DNA from: Deltaproteobacteria bacterium
GTDB lineage: Bacteria > SAR324 > NAC60-12
DNA length: 30,996 bases
Assembly (NCBI GenBank): GCA_038150265.1
Contig: JAYOTF010000034.1
Span: 1 to 30,996 of the forward strand
Direction: 5' to 3'
Position numbers and translations under genes: made by a program. Below, one piece after another: positions 15,372 through 28,191 of the stretch (position 1 is the stretch's first letter; every line of letters starts with the position of its first letter). Under the pieces are notes generated by a model. That model saw only the letters and a program-made list of their open reading frames with translations, was not told where the DNA came from and ran no database searches.

Positions 15372-17588
15372 GTGACCATGCCTGCACCTACGCCTGTTGA
15401 GGCCTTTCAACGCTTAGCCTCCGGAGACCTCCACGACCCGAGGTCCTTTTTGGGATTCCATGAGGTCGCGTCTCCAGAAGGAGCCCGGCAGTGGCTGGTC
15501 CGGGTGTGGGAACCGGAGGCCACGGCCGCCTCCCTGCGCTGGGGCAGCGGCAAGCCGTTACCGATGGAGCCTGTGGCCCCGGGAGTCTTTGAGTGGGTGG
15601 GGGCGCCGCGGAAGGCACTCAAGCCCTACCGAGTGTCCCTGACGTATCCAAACGACGCCACCCATGAGCGTTTTGATCCGTACTACTTCCCCACACGCTT
15701 CTCAAGCCTCGACCAGCACCTCTTTGGCGAGGGGCAGCACTACCGCCTCTTTGACCGCATGGGCGCGCATGTCCATGAAGAAGAAGGCGTTTCCGGAACC
15801 TGGTTTGTCGTCTGGGCGCCCAACGCGCAGCGCATCAGTGTTGTGGGCGACTTCAATCAGTGGGATGGCCGCCGGCACCCCATGCAGTCCATTGGCAGCA
15901 GCGGAGTGTGGGAGCTGTTCCTTCCCGAAGTTGGAGCCGGAGCGCTCTACAAGTTTGAGCTGAAGACACGAGAGGGGGCGCTGCTGCTGAAGTCGGACCC
16001 CTTTGCCTTTGAGGCCGAGCTCCGCCCCTCAACCGCCTCCCGGGTGCTGGCTCCGGATGCCTACGCGTGGCAGGATCAGGCGTGGATGGAAACCCGGCGC
16101 GTCCGGAACCCGCTGGAGCAGCCGATCAACATCTACGAGGTCCACCTGGGGTCGTGGCGCCGGGTTCCGGAAGAAGGCAACCGCTTCCTCACCTACCGTG
16201 AGGCCGCCGAGCAACTCATCCCCTATGCCCAGGAAATGGGCTACACGCACCTGGAGCTGCTTCCGGTCTCGGAACACCCCTTTGACGGCTCGTGGGGGTA
16301 TCAGGTGACCGGCTACTTTGCTCCGACGTCGCGTTTCGGAACCCCCGATGACCTGAAGTTCTTCATCGACCAGTGCCATGCCGCCGGCCTGGGGGTCATC
16401 CTCGACTGGGTCCCCGGACACTTCCCCAAGGACTCCCATGGCCTGGCCCGCTTCGACGGCACCGGGCTTTATGAGCATGAGGACACGCGGCAGGGCGAGC
16501 ACAAGGAGTGGGGAACCCTCGTCTTCAACTACGAGCGCAATGAGGTCCGCAACTTCCTCATTGCCAGCGCCCTCTACTGGTTTGAACAGTACCACATCGA
16601 CGGCATCCGGGTGGACGCCGTGGCGTCCATGCTCTACCTCGACTATGGCCGCAAGGAAGGAGAGTGGGTGCCCAACGCGTACGGTGGCCGTGAAAACCTG
16701 GGGGCCATCCAGTTCTTCCGGCAGCTTCATGAGGCGCTCTTCCGCGAGTTTCCGGGCATCCTTTCCATTGCCGAAGAATCCACGGCGTGGCCGGGGGTGA
16801 GCCAACCCACCTACGTGGGCGGCCTGGGCTTTAACCTGAAGTGGAACATGGGGTGGATGAATGACACCCTCAAGTACATGGCCAAGGATCCGGTGTACCG
16901 CCGCTACGAACACCACTGGATCACCTTCTCACTGGTGTACGCCTTCAGCGAAAACTACGTCCTGGCGATTTCGCATGACGAAGTGGTTCATGGCAAGGGT
17001 TCCCTTTTGGACAAAATGCCCGGGGATTTTTGGCAAAAACGCGCCAACCTGCGCCTGTACCTGGGGTTCATGATCTGCCACCCCGGCAAAAAGTTGCTGT
17101 TCATGGGACAGGAGTTTGGGCAGGGCCGGGAGTGGAGTGAAGCCCGGAGCCTCGACTGGCACCTGCTGGATGTTCCGGAGTTTCAGCAGCTCCAGGCCTG
17201 CAGCCGGGCCCTGAACCACCTCTACCAGCAGCAGCCCGCGTTGTTCCGGAACGACTTCGATGGGTCCGGATTCCGCTGGATCGACCTTCATGATTCGGAA
17301 AACAGTGTCCTCAGCTTTGTGCGCCTCCCGGAACCCGGCAGCTCGGCAAAGCCGCTGGTGTGCCTCTTCAACTTCACACCGGTGCCACGAAATGACTACA
17401 TCGTGGGTCTTCCGGAAGAGGGGACGTATGAGGTGCTGTTTGACAGCGATGCGCCAGAGTTCGGAGGCGCCGGTTACCGGACGCAGCAGGAGTGGGTGGC
17501 CGAAGCCGAAGCCTGGCAGGGGCAGCCGGCGCGGACGGCGATCGACCTGCCTCCGCTGGGTTGTCTGATTCTTGCTTCAAAGGGGTGA
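15372..17588 (+). CDS. glgB: 1,4-alpha-glucan branching enzyme (GH13_9)
   Basis: VWAPNA, IYEVHLGSW, EHPFDGSWGYQ, DWVPGHFPKD, and catalytic motifs DGIRVDAVASMLY, IAEEST, SHDEVVHGKGSL. The start is GTG 15372 or ATG 15378. Confidence 0.96.
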   Translation: MTMPAPTPVEAFQRLASGDLHDPRSFLGFHEVASPEGARQWLVRVWEPEATAASLRWGSGKPLPMEPVAPGVFEWVGAPRKALKPYRVSLTYPNDATHERFDPYYFPTRFSSLDQHLFGEGQHYRLFDRMGAHVHEEEGVSGTWFVVWAPNAQRISVVGDFNQWDGRRHPMQSIGSSGVWELFLPEVGAGALYKFELKTREGALLLKSDPFAFEAELRPSTASRVLAPDAYAWQDQAWMETRRVRNPLEQPINIYEVHLGSWRRVPEEGNRFLTYREAAEQLIPYAQEMGYTHLELLPVSEHPFDGSWGYQVTGYFAPTSRFGTPDDLKFFIDQCHAAGLGVILDWVPGHFPKDSHGLARFDGTGLYEHEDTRQGEHKEWGTLVFNYERNEVRNFLIASALYWFEQYHIDGIRVDAVASMLYLDYGRKEGEWVPNAYGGRENLGAIQFFRQLHEALFREFPGILSIAEESTAWPGVSQPTYVGGLGFNLKWNMGWMNDTLKYMAKDPVYRRYEHHWITFSLVYAFSENYVLAISHDEVVHGKGSLLDKMPGDFWQKRANLRLYLGFMICHPGKKLLFMGQEFGQGREWSEARSLDWHLLDVPEFQQLQACSRALNHLYQQQPALFRNDFDGSGFRWIDLHDSENSVLSFVRLPEPGSSAKPLVCLFNFTPVPRNDYIVGLPEEGTYEVLFDSDAPEFGGAGYRTQQEWVAEAEAWQGQPARTAIDLPPLGCLILASKG

Positions 17589-17622
17589 ACCCCGCTGCTC
17601 AACCTTAGCCTGAAAAACGTCT

Positions 17623-20133
<2,511 letters not shown>

Positions 20134-20172
20134 CCGTTACCCTGTCCCCCCTCTTTTGCACTGGAATTGATC

Positions 20173-21813
20173 ATGAGCAATCCGAACTGGTGGAAGTCCG
20201 CTGTTTTCTATCAGATCTACCCCCGGAGCTTCCGGGACGCCAACAACGACGGCATCGGTGACCTCCGGGGCATCGCGGAGCGCCTCGATTACCTCAACGA
20301 CGGTCAGGGCGGGGGACTGGGCGTGGATGCGCTCTGGATCTCTCCCTTCTTCACGTCCCCAATGGCCGATTTCGGCTATGACGTCAGTGACTACTGCGAC
20401 ATCGACCCCATCTTCGGCACCCTTGAGGACTTTGATGCCCTGGTGGCCGCCGCTCATGAACGGGGCATCAAGGTGGTGCTGGACCTGGTCCTCAATCACT
20501 CCTCCGATCAGCACCCGTGGTTTCAGGAGTCTCGCCAGAGCCGCGACAACCCCAAGTCCGACTGGTACGTCTGGGCCGATCCGAAGCCGGATGGCACGCC
20601 TCCGAACAACTGGCTCAGCCTCTTTGGGGGGCCGGCCTGGACGTTTGACGAGGCGCGGGGGCAGTACTACATGCACACCTTCCTCAAGGAGCAGCCGGAC
20701 CTCAACTGGTACCATCCGGAGGTCCGGGACGCCCTGGCCGAGGTGGTGCGGTTCTGGATGAGGCGCGGGGCCGATGGCTTCCGCCTGGATACCGCCAACT
20801 TCTACGCCCATGACGAGCAACTCCGGGACAACCCGGCGCGTCAGTCCGATGCCCCGCTGCTGGAAACCGACAAGGGGGAGAATCCGTACTTCCGGGATTT
20901 CCTCACCACCTACTCCAAGGACCGTCCGGAAAACTTCGGCTTCATCCAGTTCCTCCGGAACCTCTTTGACGAAGGCGAGGCCATGACCTCCATTGGCGAA
21001 ACCGGAGGCTTCCCCGACCTGGAAACAGCGGTCCGGGTGGCGGCTGAGTACGCGCATGGCACCGACCGCCTGCACATGGCCTACAGCTTTGCTCTGCTCA
21101 ATGACCGGGTGGATCGCGACTACCTGGCCGAAGTGGTGCAGTTGACCGAAGCGCACATTGCCGATGGCTGGCCCTGCTGGTCGCTGGGCAACCACGACTG
21201 CCCTCGGCTCTTCTCCCGTCTGCAGGTGGCAGACAAACCGGGGTACCAGGCGATGCTGCTTTCGCTCCTGCTCTGCCTGCGGGGCACGCCCATTCTCTAC
21301 TATGGAGACGAGCTGGATGTGCCGGAGTACCCGATCACCCGCGAGGAGCTGCAGGATCCCTACGGCATCAACATGTGGCCCGATGTCATTGGGCGAGACG
21401 GGTGCCGCACACCGTTCCCCTGGTCGAAGACGGCTCCGCAGCAAGGCTTCAACGAAGGCGCCAAGCCATGGCTTCCGGCCCGGGCGCCCCAGACGCTCGA
21501 AGACGCCGAGCACGACCCGCACAGCACCCTGAAGGTTCTGCGCGAGATGATCCGGATCCGCAAGCAATCGCCCGCTTTGCAAACCGGAAGCTTCCGGGTG
21601 GTGGACGGCACGGAGCCGTACGTCTTCATCCGGGAGGCCCCAGAGGAAACCTGCCTCGTGGCCGCCAACCTCACGGGAGCCCCCCAGACGGCGACGGTGC
21701 CCTTTGAACACCTTGAGGATCAGACGCCACCAGCGCTGGTGCAACGGGGTGCGTTTCAAGGAGGAACCGTCACCCTGCCGCCTTATGGACTCTTCATTGG
21801 CAGAAAGGCCTGA
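20173..21813 (+). CDS. aglA: Alpha-glucosidase (GH13, AglA-like)
   Basis: WWKSAVFYQIYPRSF, DFGYDVSDY, DLVLNHSSDQHPWF, QPDLN, catalytic DGFRLDTANFY, GET and NHD, and GRDGCRTP. ATG 20173 is preferred over TTG 20167. Confidence 0.88.
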   Translation: MSNPNWWKSAVFYQIYPRSFRDANNDGIGDLRGIAERLDYLNDGQGGGLGVDALWISPFFTSPMADFGYDVSDYCDIDPIFGTLEDFDALVAAAHERGIKVVLDLVLNHSSDQHPWFQESRQSRDNPKSDWYVWADPKPDGTPPNNWLSLFGGPAWTFDEARGQYYMHTFLKEQPDLNWYHPEVRDALAEVVRFWMRRGADGFRLDTANFYAHDEQLRDNPARQSDAPLLETDKGENPYFRDFLTTYSKDRPENFGFIQFLRNLFDEGEAMTSIGETGGFPDLETAVRVAAEYAHGTDRLHMAYSFALLNDRVDRDYLAEVVQLTEAHIADGWPCWSLGNHDCPRLFSRLQVADKPGYQAMLLSLLLCLRGTPILYYGDELDVPEYPITREELQDPYGINMWPDVIGRDGCRTPFPWSKTAPQQGFNEGAKPWLPARAPQTLEDAEHDPHSTLKVLREMIRIRKQSPALQTGSFRVVDGTEPYVFIREAPEETCLVAANLTGAPQTATVPFEHLEDQTPPALVQRGAFQGGTVTLPPYGLFIGRKA

Positions 21814-21818
21814 CCGCT

Positions 21819-22997
21819 TTGCCTCCTCCCAATCGTGAAACCCGGCGGGTGCGCTGGGCGGTTTCTGCCATCTTTTTGTCCAATGGCCTCAGCTTCGCGT
21901 CGCTGGTGCCCCACTTTCCGTGGCTCAAGGAAAAGCTGGAGCTGACGGAGGCGACCATGGGGATTGCGCTGCTCTTCCCGGCCATTGGCGCGGTGACCAT
22001 GATGCTGGTGACCGGGCGGCTGATCCAGCGGCTCGGCAGCAAGCCCCTGACGGTGGCCGGCGCGCTCCTCCTGCAGGTCGCGGTTCCCTTGATTCTGCTG
22101 ATGCCCAACCTCTGGGCGTTGGCGCCGCTGCTCATTGCCGTCGGAGCCATGATCGGGATGATGGATGTGGCCATGAATGCCCAGGCGGCGGCTGTGGAGC
22201 AGCGTTACGCTCGTCCGATCATGTCTTCGTTCCATGCGACCTGGAGCCTGGGCACCCTCGTGGGAGGAGCGTCGGCCAGCCTCTTCCTGCACTACGGCCT
22301 GACTCCGCTGGAACACGTCTCGCTCATCGTTTCCGGACTGATGGTCCTCATCTTCGCCGTCTCGCGTTTCCTGCTTCTGAAGGAAGAGGACATTCCGGGA
22401 GAAGACGCCCCGCTGTTTGCCTTTCCGAAAGGCATTGTGCTGGCAATGGGCGTGCTGGCGATGCTGGGAATGGTGGCCGAAGGCGCTGCCACCGACTGGT
22501 CGGCGATTTACGCCCGGACGGTGCTGGAGGTCTCTCCGAGTGATGCGGCTGCGACCTTCACGGCCTTCACCCTGACGATGACCCTGGGGCGCTTCACGGG
22601 CGACTGGCTGGTGCATCGGCTGGGGCGCCCGCTCATGGTTCGGCTGGCGGCAGGCGTGGGCGCAGTGGGGCTCGGCATCGGCCTGGGCATTGGTACGCTG
22701 GAGTCCGCGTGGTTTGGCTTCGCCTGCCTGGGCTTCGGCCTGGCCAATGTGGTCCCGATCCTCTTCAGTGCAGCGAGCCAGATCCCGGGCGTGTCAGCCG
22801 GAACCGGCATTGCCGGGGTGGCAACCCTGGGGTACGGAGGGTTCCTCTTTGGTCCTCCGCTGATTGGCTTCACCGCTGAGTGGCTGGGCCTCCGGAGCGC
22901 CTTGTTCCTCATTGTGCTGTTCTGTGCGGTCTTGGGGCTGGCCGCTCCTCGCCTGCTGGGGCCGTCCTCACGTCCTGCTGCGGTCGCGGGTTCATGA
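21819..22997 (+). CDS. MFS transporter, YbjJ-like
   Basis: About 12 hydrophobic segments. Motifs MDVAMNAQ, MSSFHATWSLG, EGAATDWSAIY, MTLGRFTGD and GYGGFLFGPPLIG. TTG start 5 nt after the aglA stop. Confidence 0.85.
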   Translation: MPPPNRETRRVRWAVSAIFLSNGLSFASLVPHFPWLKEKLELTEATMGIALLFPAIGAVTMMLVTGRLIQRLGSKPLTVAGALLLQVAVPLILLMPNLWALAPLLIAVGAMIGMMDVAMNAQAAAVEQRYARPIMSSFHATWSLGTLVGGASASLFLHYGLTPLEHVSLIVSGLMVLIFAVSRFLLLKEEDIPGEDAPLFAFPKGIVLAMGVLAMLGMVAEGAATDWSAIYARTVLEVSPSDAAATFTAFTLTMTLGRFTGDWLVHRLGRPLMVRLAAGVGAVGLGIGLGIGTLESAWFGFACLGFGLANVVPILFSAASQIPGVSAGTGIAGVATLGYGGFLFGPPLIGFTAEWLGLRSALFLIVLFCAVLGLAAPRLLGPSSRPAAVAGS

Positions 22998-24937
22998 GGC
23001 CCCCCGCTCATCCGGAGCGCGCTGCGCTCAGCCTGAACCGCCTCCAGCCCCGTTGGCAGCAGCGGTTCCTGCAGTTGCCTCAGGCCACAGACGCCCGCTG
23101 GCACGAGCTGTGGGCCCGGACGGAAGCACAATTTCCGCGTTTCTTTTCCCTCTTCCATGCGCTCTACGGGGAGCGTTACGACTTCTTCTACCACCTCGAA
23201 GAAGCAGTCTTTGACGCCCTGCAAGCGGGTCTGAACCGCTCCACGGACCTGCAGCAGCTCGATCAGGCGCGGCTGGCCAATCCACGCTGGGCGCAGGAGC
23301 CACGCATGCTGGGCGCCTCCGGATATGCCGACCTTCAGGCCGGCGGACTCTCGGGCATCCGTCAGCAAATCCCCTACTATCAGGAACTGGGGCTGACCTA
23401 CCTGCACCTGATGCCCCTCTTTGCCCGTCCAGACGGCGAGAACGATGGCGGCTATGCGGTCAGCAGCTACCGAGACGTCCACCCTCCGCTGGGAACGATG
23501 GCCGATTTGCAGCAGCTTGCCGAGGAACTCCGGGAGGCTGGGATCAGCCTGGTGGTGGACTTCATCTTCAATCACACCGCTCACGATCACGAATGGGCCC
23601 AGCGCGCCCAGGCGGGAGATCCGGAGTTTCAGGCGTACTACTGGTTGTTGGACGAGGAAGCCGAAGTGCAGGCCTGGCAGCAGCACCTGCGTCTGATCTT
23701 TCCCGACCGCGGCGGGAGCTTCACCTGGTGTGAGTCTGCCCGGAAGTGGGTGTGGACAACCTTCTTCGAGTTTCAGTGGGACCTCAACTACAGCAACCCG
23801 GCGGTCTTCCGGAGCATGCTGGGCGAGATGCTCTTTCTGGCCAACCAGGGAGTCGAGATCCTGCGCATGGACGCGGTGGCCTTCATCTGGAAGCGCCTGG
23901 GGACCGACTGCGAAAACCAGCCGGAAGCACACTGGATCCTCCAGGCCTACAACGCCCTGTGTGCCATTGCGGCGCCGTCTCTGCTGTTGAAATCGGAAGC
24001 CATTGTGCATCCGGATGAAGTCGCCCGCTACATCCGCCCGGATGAGTGCCGCCTGAGCTACAACCCGCTCCTGATGGCCCTGCTGTGGGAGGCGTTGGCC
24101 ACCCGGGACACGCGCCTCCTGAGTGCCTCCATGCGGGCGCGCTTTCCCATTGACCCCGAATGCGTGTGGGTGAATTACCTCCGCTGTCACGACGACATCG
24201 GCTGGACCTTTGATGATGCGATTGCCGCAAAGCTGGGCATCGATGGCGCCGGTCACCGACGCTTCCTCAACGACTTCTACACCGGACGCTTCTCGGGAAG
24301 CTTTGCCCGTGGGCTGCCGTTTCAGGAGAACCCCCTCACCGGCGACGCTCGCATTTCCGGAACCCTCGCCTCGTTGGCAGGGGTGGAAGCCGCACTGGCG
24401 GCCGATGACTCGGCGGCGCTGGAGATGGCTCTGCAGCGCATCCTCATGCTCTACGGCATCATCCTCAGCATTGGCGGCCTCCCGCTCCTGTACCTGGGAG
24501 ACGAGACCGGCATGCTCAACGACTACTCCTACGTTCAGGATCCGACACACGCCGAAGACAGCCGGTGGGCACACCGTCCACAGCGGGACTGGGACGCGGA
24601 ATCCGCCTTGCTCCGGAATCCGGAATCGTATGCTGCTCGCCTGCGTCGTGGCCTGGGGGAGCTGATTCAGCGACGCCAGACCCTGCCCTTTCTGGCAGAA
24701 GGCCCAACCGCGTTTCCGGAAGTGGGCAATGCCCATGTCTTCGCCTATCAACGCCGCAGCACCGCCGGAAACTTTCTCGCCCTCTGCAACTTCACGGAGC
24801 GTCCGCAGCCCCTCACCGCCAATGCCCTGCGGCTCCTCGGCTTCTCCGGAACCGTGACCGATGTGTGGGCGGAGGAGCCCCTGCCGCTTGCCTCCGGGCT
24901 CCTGCTGCGTCCCTACCAAACCCGCTGGCTGACCTGA
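22994..24937 (+). CDS. Amylosucrase / sucrose hydrolase (GH13_4)
   Basis: Start reassigned to ATG 22994 (ATGA overlap with the MFS stop). GH13_4 signatures: GLTYLHLMPLF, DGGYAVSSYR, DFIFNHT, QWDLNYSNP, RMDAVAFIWK, KSEAIVHP, YLRCHDDIGWTF, RISGTLASLAG, DSRWAHRP. Confidence 0.9.
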   Translation: MRPPAHPERAALSLNRLQPRWQQRFLQLPQATDARWHELWARTEAQFPRFFSLFHALYGERYDFFYHLEEAVFDALQAGLNRSTDLQQLDQARLANPRWAQEPRMLGASGYADLQAGGLSGIRQQIPYYQELGLTYLHLMPLFARPDGENDGGYAVSSYRDVHPPLGTMADLQQLAEELREAGISLVVDFIFNHTAHDHEWAQRAQAGDPEFQAYYWLLDEEAEVQAWQQHLRLIFPDRGGSFTWCESARKWVWTTFFEFQWDLNYSNPAVFRSMLGEMLFLANQGVEILRMDAVAFIWKRLGTDCENQPEAHWILQAYNALCAIAAPSLLLKSEAIVHPDEVARYIRPDECRLSYNPLLMALLWEALATRDTRLLSASMRARFPIDPECVWVNYLRCHDDIGWTFDDAIAAKLGIDGAGHRRFLNDFYTGRFSGSFARGLPFQENPLTGDARISGTLASLAGVEAALAADDSAALEMALQRILMLYGIILSIGGLPLLYLGDETGMLNDYSYVQDPTHAEDSRWAHRPQRDWDAESALLRNPESYAARLRRGLGELIQRRQTLPFLAEGPTAFPEVGNAHVFAYQRRSTAGNFLALCNFTERPQPLTANALRLLGFSGTVTDVWAEEPLPLASGLLLRPYQTRWLT

Positions 24938-24954
24938 ACGGCTGCACTTTGCAG

Positions 24955-24983
24955 TTGCGTCCGCCGCCTTTTTTGCATAAATT
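24955..24983 (+). promoter_or_regulatory. Candidate sigma70 promoter for the paa operon
   Basis: TTGCGT (24955-24960), 17 bp, TAAATT (24978-24983), in the 88-bp gap before paaA. Confidence 0.5.
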
Positions 24984-25000
24984 AACCAAACGTTCGGTTA
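24983..25000. promoter_or_regulatory. TetR-family PaaR-type operator
   Basis: Imperfect palindrome TAACCAAACGTTCGGTTA (16/18 symmetric). The core ACCAAACGTTCGGT fits the ACCGnnCGnnCGGT pattern I recall for PaaR sites, with one mismatch. It overlaps the predicted TSS, and a TetR gene lies in the operon. Confidence 0.7.
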
Positions 25001-25025
25001 TTCAATTGGTGAAAGGAGGATCTGC

Positions 25026-26003
25026 ATGGAACAACAGAAGCCCGTCTCTCAGGCTCCCGCAGCGGTGGTCCCGGCCACTCCCGACCCCCGGGAAGCCGAA
25101 TTTGAGGCTCGGATTGCGCGAGGAGAGAAGATTGAGCCCAAGGACTGGATGCCGGAGCGGTACCGTCGGCAGTTGGTCCGGATGATGGCTCAGCACGCCC
25201 ATTCCGAGGTGGTGGGCATGCTTCCGGAAGGGAACTGGATCACCCGGGCTCCATCGTTGCGGCGCAAGATGGGCCTGCTGGCAAAGGTGCAGGACGAAGG
25301 CGGTCACGGCCTCTACCTCTACTGTGCTGCCGAGACGCTGGGGGTGGACCGGGCGGACCTCGTGGACGAGCTGCTGGAAGGCAAGGCCAAGTACTCGAGC
25401 ATCTTCAACTACCCGACCCTGACGTGGGCGGATATCGGGGTGATTGGCTGGATTGTCGACGGAGCCGCCATTGTCAACCAAACGATGCTGGCAAAGGGCT
25501 CCTATGGCCCCTATGCCCGGGCGATGGTCCGGGTGTGCAAGGAAGAGAGCTTCCACAAGAAGCAGGGCTACGAGATGGTGACCGCGCTGGCACAAGGAAC
25601 GCCGGAGCAGAAGCAGATGGTGCAGGACGCCCTGAACCGCTGGTGGTGGCCGTCGCTGATGATGTTTGGCCCGCATGACCAGCAATCCAGCAATTCTGAT
25701 GAGTTGATGCGCTGGAGGGTGAAGCTGCAAAGCAACGACACGCTCCGCCAGCGTTTTGTCAACCAAACCGTCAATCAGGCCCGGGCCATTGGCCTGACCC
25801 TTCCGGATCCGGATCTGTGCTTCAATGAAGAAACCGGAAACTGGGAATTCGGGGCCATCGACTGGGCTGAGTTCAAACGGGTCCTGAACGGCCAGGGGCC
25901 GTGCAACCGCGATCGCCTTCGGGCCCGTCGCAAGGCCCATGAAGAAGGGCGCTGGGTCCGGGAGGCCGCGCTGGCGTATGCTGAAAAACATCAGGTCAAT
26001 TGA
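25026..26003 (+). CDS. paaA: 1,2-phenylacetyl-CoA epoxidase, catalytic subunit A
   Basis: [36 protein letters not shown], di-iron ligands QDEGGHG and [27 protein letters not shown]. Confidence 0.96.
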   Translation: MEQQKPVSQAPAAVVPATPDPREAEFEARIARGEKIEPKDWMPERYRRQLVRMMAQHAHSEVVGMLPEGNWITRAPSLRRKMGLLAKVQDEGGHGLYLYCAAETLGVDRADLVDELLEGKAKYSSIFNYPTLTWADIGVIGWIVDGAAIVNQTMLAKGSYGPYARAMVRVCKEESFHKKQGYEMVTALAQGTPEQKQMVQDALNRWWWPSLMMFGPHDQQSSNSDELMRWRVKLQSNDTLRQRFVNQTVNQARAIGLTLPDPDLCFNEETGNWEFGAIDWAEFKRVLNGQGPCNRDRLRARRKAHEEGRWVREAALAYAEKHQVN

Positions 26004-26014
26004 AGGAGGAATGC

Positions 26015-26302
26015 ATGGAAGCCACTGCTGATCGCTGGCCCGTTTGGGAAGTCTTTGTGCAGGAGAAGAGCGGTGCGCCGCATGAGCACGCCGGGAGTGT
26101 GCATGCTCCGGATGCGACCCTGGCGTTGCAGAATGCCCGAGACACCTATGCCCGTCGGTCCGGATGCAGCCTCTGGGTGGTGCCGTCGGAGGCCATCACG
26201 GCGAGCACCCCGGAAGACAGCCCGATGCTGTTTGACTCGATTGCCGACAAGGTTTACCGCCACCCGCAGTTTTACAAGATCCCCCGCAGCGTGAGGCTCT
26301 GA
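26015..26302 (+). CDS. paaB: 1,2-phenylacetyl-CoA epoxidase subunit B
   Basis: WPVWEVF, HAGSVHAPDATLALQNARDTYARR, SLWVV, KVYRHPQFY. ATG 26015 follows RBS AGGAGG. Confidence 0.93.
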   Translation: MEATADRWPVWEVFVQEKSGAPHEHAGSVHAPDATLALQNARDTYARRSGCSLWVVPSEAITASTPEDSPMLFDSIADKVYRHPQFYKIPRSVRL

Positions 26303-27072
26303 TGGAACTTTCGGACACGCAGCGGCCGGCGCTTTTTTCCTACCTGCTCCGGCATGCGGATGATCGCCTCATCCTGGGGCACCGCCTTTCCGAGTGGTGT
26401 GGGCATGCGCCAATTCTTGAAGAAGACCTGGCGCTGGCCAACATTGCCCTTGACCTGATTGGGCAGGCTTCCAACCTCTACCAACTGGCGGCGGCGGTAG
26501 AAGGCGCGGGGCGCTCTGAAGACGACCTGGCGTTTCTGCGCAACCCTGACGAGTTCCGGAACCTGCAGCTGGTGGAGCAGCCGAATGGAGACTTTGCCAT
26601 GACGCTGATGCGGCAGTTCCTCTTTGACGCCTACGATGTCCGCTTCCTGGAACAGCTGCAGCAGTCGTCACATCCGGAGCTGGCAGGCATCGCCGGGAAG
26701 GCGTTCAAGGAGGCACAGTACCACCTCCGGCACAGCCAGCAGTGGATCCTTCGTCTGGGAGACGGCACCCCCGAAAGCCATGAGCGGGCGCAGCAGGCGC
26801 TTGAGGAACTGTGGCGCTTTGCGCATGAGCTTTGCGAAGCCGATGAGCTGGACCGGGAGTTGGCGGCAGCTGGACTGGTTCCGGATCTGGCTGCACTGGC
26901 CGACTCCTGGAGGCAGCAGGTCACGGAAGTCCTGGCGGCGGCCACTCTGGCGCTGCCTCATGATCCCTACCAGGCCTCCGGAAGCCGGCAGGGCCGTCAC
27001 ACCGAACACCTGGGGTACCTGCTGGCGGAAATGCAGGTGCTGCCTCGCAGCTACCCTGGCGCCCAGTGGTGA
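26302..27072 (+). CDS. paaC: 1,2-phenylacetyl-CoA epoxidase subunit C
   Basis: DDRLILGHRLSEWCGHAPILEEDLALANIALDLIGQA, LVEQPNGDFA, HTEHLGYLLAEMQ, PGAQW. TGATG coupling with paaB. Confidence 0.95.
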   Translation: MELSDTQRPALFSYLLRHADDRLILGHRLSEWCGHAPILEEDLALANIALDLIGQASNLYQLAAAVEGAGRSEDDLAFLRNPDEFRNLQLVEQPNGDFAMTLMRQFLFDAYDVRFLEQLQQSSHPELAGIAGKAFKEAQYHLRHSQQWILRLGDGTPESHERAQQALEELWRFAHELCEADELDRELAAAGLVPDLAALADSWRQQVTEVLAAATLALPHDPYQASGSRQGRHTEHLGYLLAEMQVLPRSYPGAQW

Positions 27073-27557
27073 GCGCTGCAGACTTTCCGGAAGGGGCTCC
27101 TCCAGCGCCTTCCGAGGCCGGGGTCTGGGAGCTGCTGGAAGCCGTGCCTGATCCGGAGATTCCAGTGGTCAGCATTGTGGACTTGGGAATCGTCCGGAAG
27201 GTGGAGTGTGCAGGCGCAGCCGTGACGGTGACCCTGACTCCGACCTATTCCGGCTGCCCGGCAACCCGCGCGATTGAGCAGTCGGTCCGGGAGCAGCTGC
27301 AGACTCACGGCATCGAGGCTGCTCTGAAGACGACTTTTTCCCCTCCCTGGACCACCGATTGGATCCGTCCGGCTGCCCGGGAGCGTCTCAAGGCATACGG
27401 CATCAGTCCGCCAGAACGCCGACGGGGGCCCCTGCCCTGCCCCTTTTGCGAGTCACTGGAAACGCAACTCCAGAGTGAGTTCGGCTCCACCCCCTGCAAG
27501 GCCCTGCACCGCTGCAAGAGCTGCCTCCAGCCCTTTGAACAATTCAAGTGCGTTTAA
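27069..27557 (+). CDS. paaD: 1,2-phenylacetyl-CoA epoxidase subunit D (PaaD/PaaJ, SufT-like domain plus Cys motif)
   Basis: VPDPEIPVVSIVDLGIVR, TPTYSGCPA, PPWTTDWI, CPFC...FGSTPCKALHRCKSCLQPFEQFK. GTGA overlap with paaC. Confidence 0.93.
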   Translation: MSAADFPEGAPPAPSEAGVWELLEAVPDPEIPVVSIVDLGIVRKVECAGAAVTVTLTPTYSGCPATRAIEQSVREQLQTHGIEAALKTTFSPPWTTDWIRPAARERLKAYGISPPERRRGPLPCPFCESLETQLQSEFGSTPCKALHRCKSCLQPFEQFKCV

Positions 27558-27558
27558 G

Positions 27559-28191
27559 ATGGCCCGCACCCGAGCCAAGGATTATGAGGAAAAGCGGGCG
27601 CTGATCCGGACCCGTGCGGTGGAGCTGTTTGCCGAGCATGGGTTTGCGAACACGTCCATCGCCATGCTGGCGTCCGCATGCGGAACCTCCAAGGCGTTGC
27701 TGTACCACTACTACAGCAGCAAGGAGGCCCTGCTTTATGAAATCTTTGAGCACCACACCCGGACCCTGCTCGACATCTTCAGCGACGTTCAGCGCCAGCG
27801 CCTTTCGCCTCCGGAGGCCCTGCGCGCCGGGCTTCGGGAGCTGATGCGCGTTTACCAGCAGGCGCAGAAGACGCACCTGGTGCTGCTGTACGACCTCAAC
27901 CGTCTGCCTGAGGAGGAGCGCGAACGCATCGCGCAGCGGGAGCGAGAGGTGGTGGCCGGCCTTGCTGAGCTGGTGGATCCGCTGGCAGCGGAGGTGCTGC
28001 AAAAACAGCCTGAGTGGCGCAAACCGATTGCAATGACGCTCATGGGCATGATCAACTGGACCTTCACCTGGCTCCGGCAGGAGGGGCCGGTTTCCCACGA
28101 ACAGTATGCCGAATTGGCCGGGACGATTTTCCTCGAAGGCATCGCTGCCCTTCCGGCTGCTCCCTTGTTTTTGAAAGAAGAGGACCCATGA
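27559..28191 (+). CDS. TetR/AcrR-family regulator, probable PaaR
   Basis: Start reassigned to ATG 27559 (MARTRAKDYEEKR). HTH segment AVELFAEHGFANTSIAMLASACGTSKALLYHYYSSKEALL and KstR2/PaaR-like C-terminus GMINWTFTW. It is embedded in the paa operon. Confidence 0.85.
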   Translation: MARTRAKDYEEKRALIRTRAVELFAEHGFANTSIAMLASACGTSKALLYHYYSSKEALLYEIFEHHTRTLLDIFSDVQRQRLSPPEALRAGLRELMRVYQQAQKTHLVLLYDLNRLPEEERERIAQREREVVAGLAELVDPLAAEVLQKQPEWRKPIAMTLMGMINWTFTWLRQEGPVSHEQYAELAGTIFLEGIAALPAAPLFLKEEDP

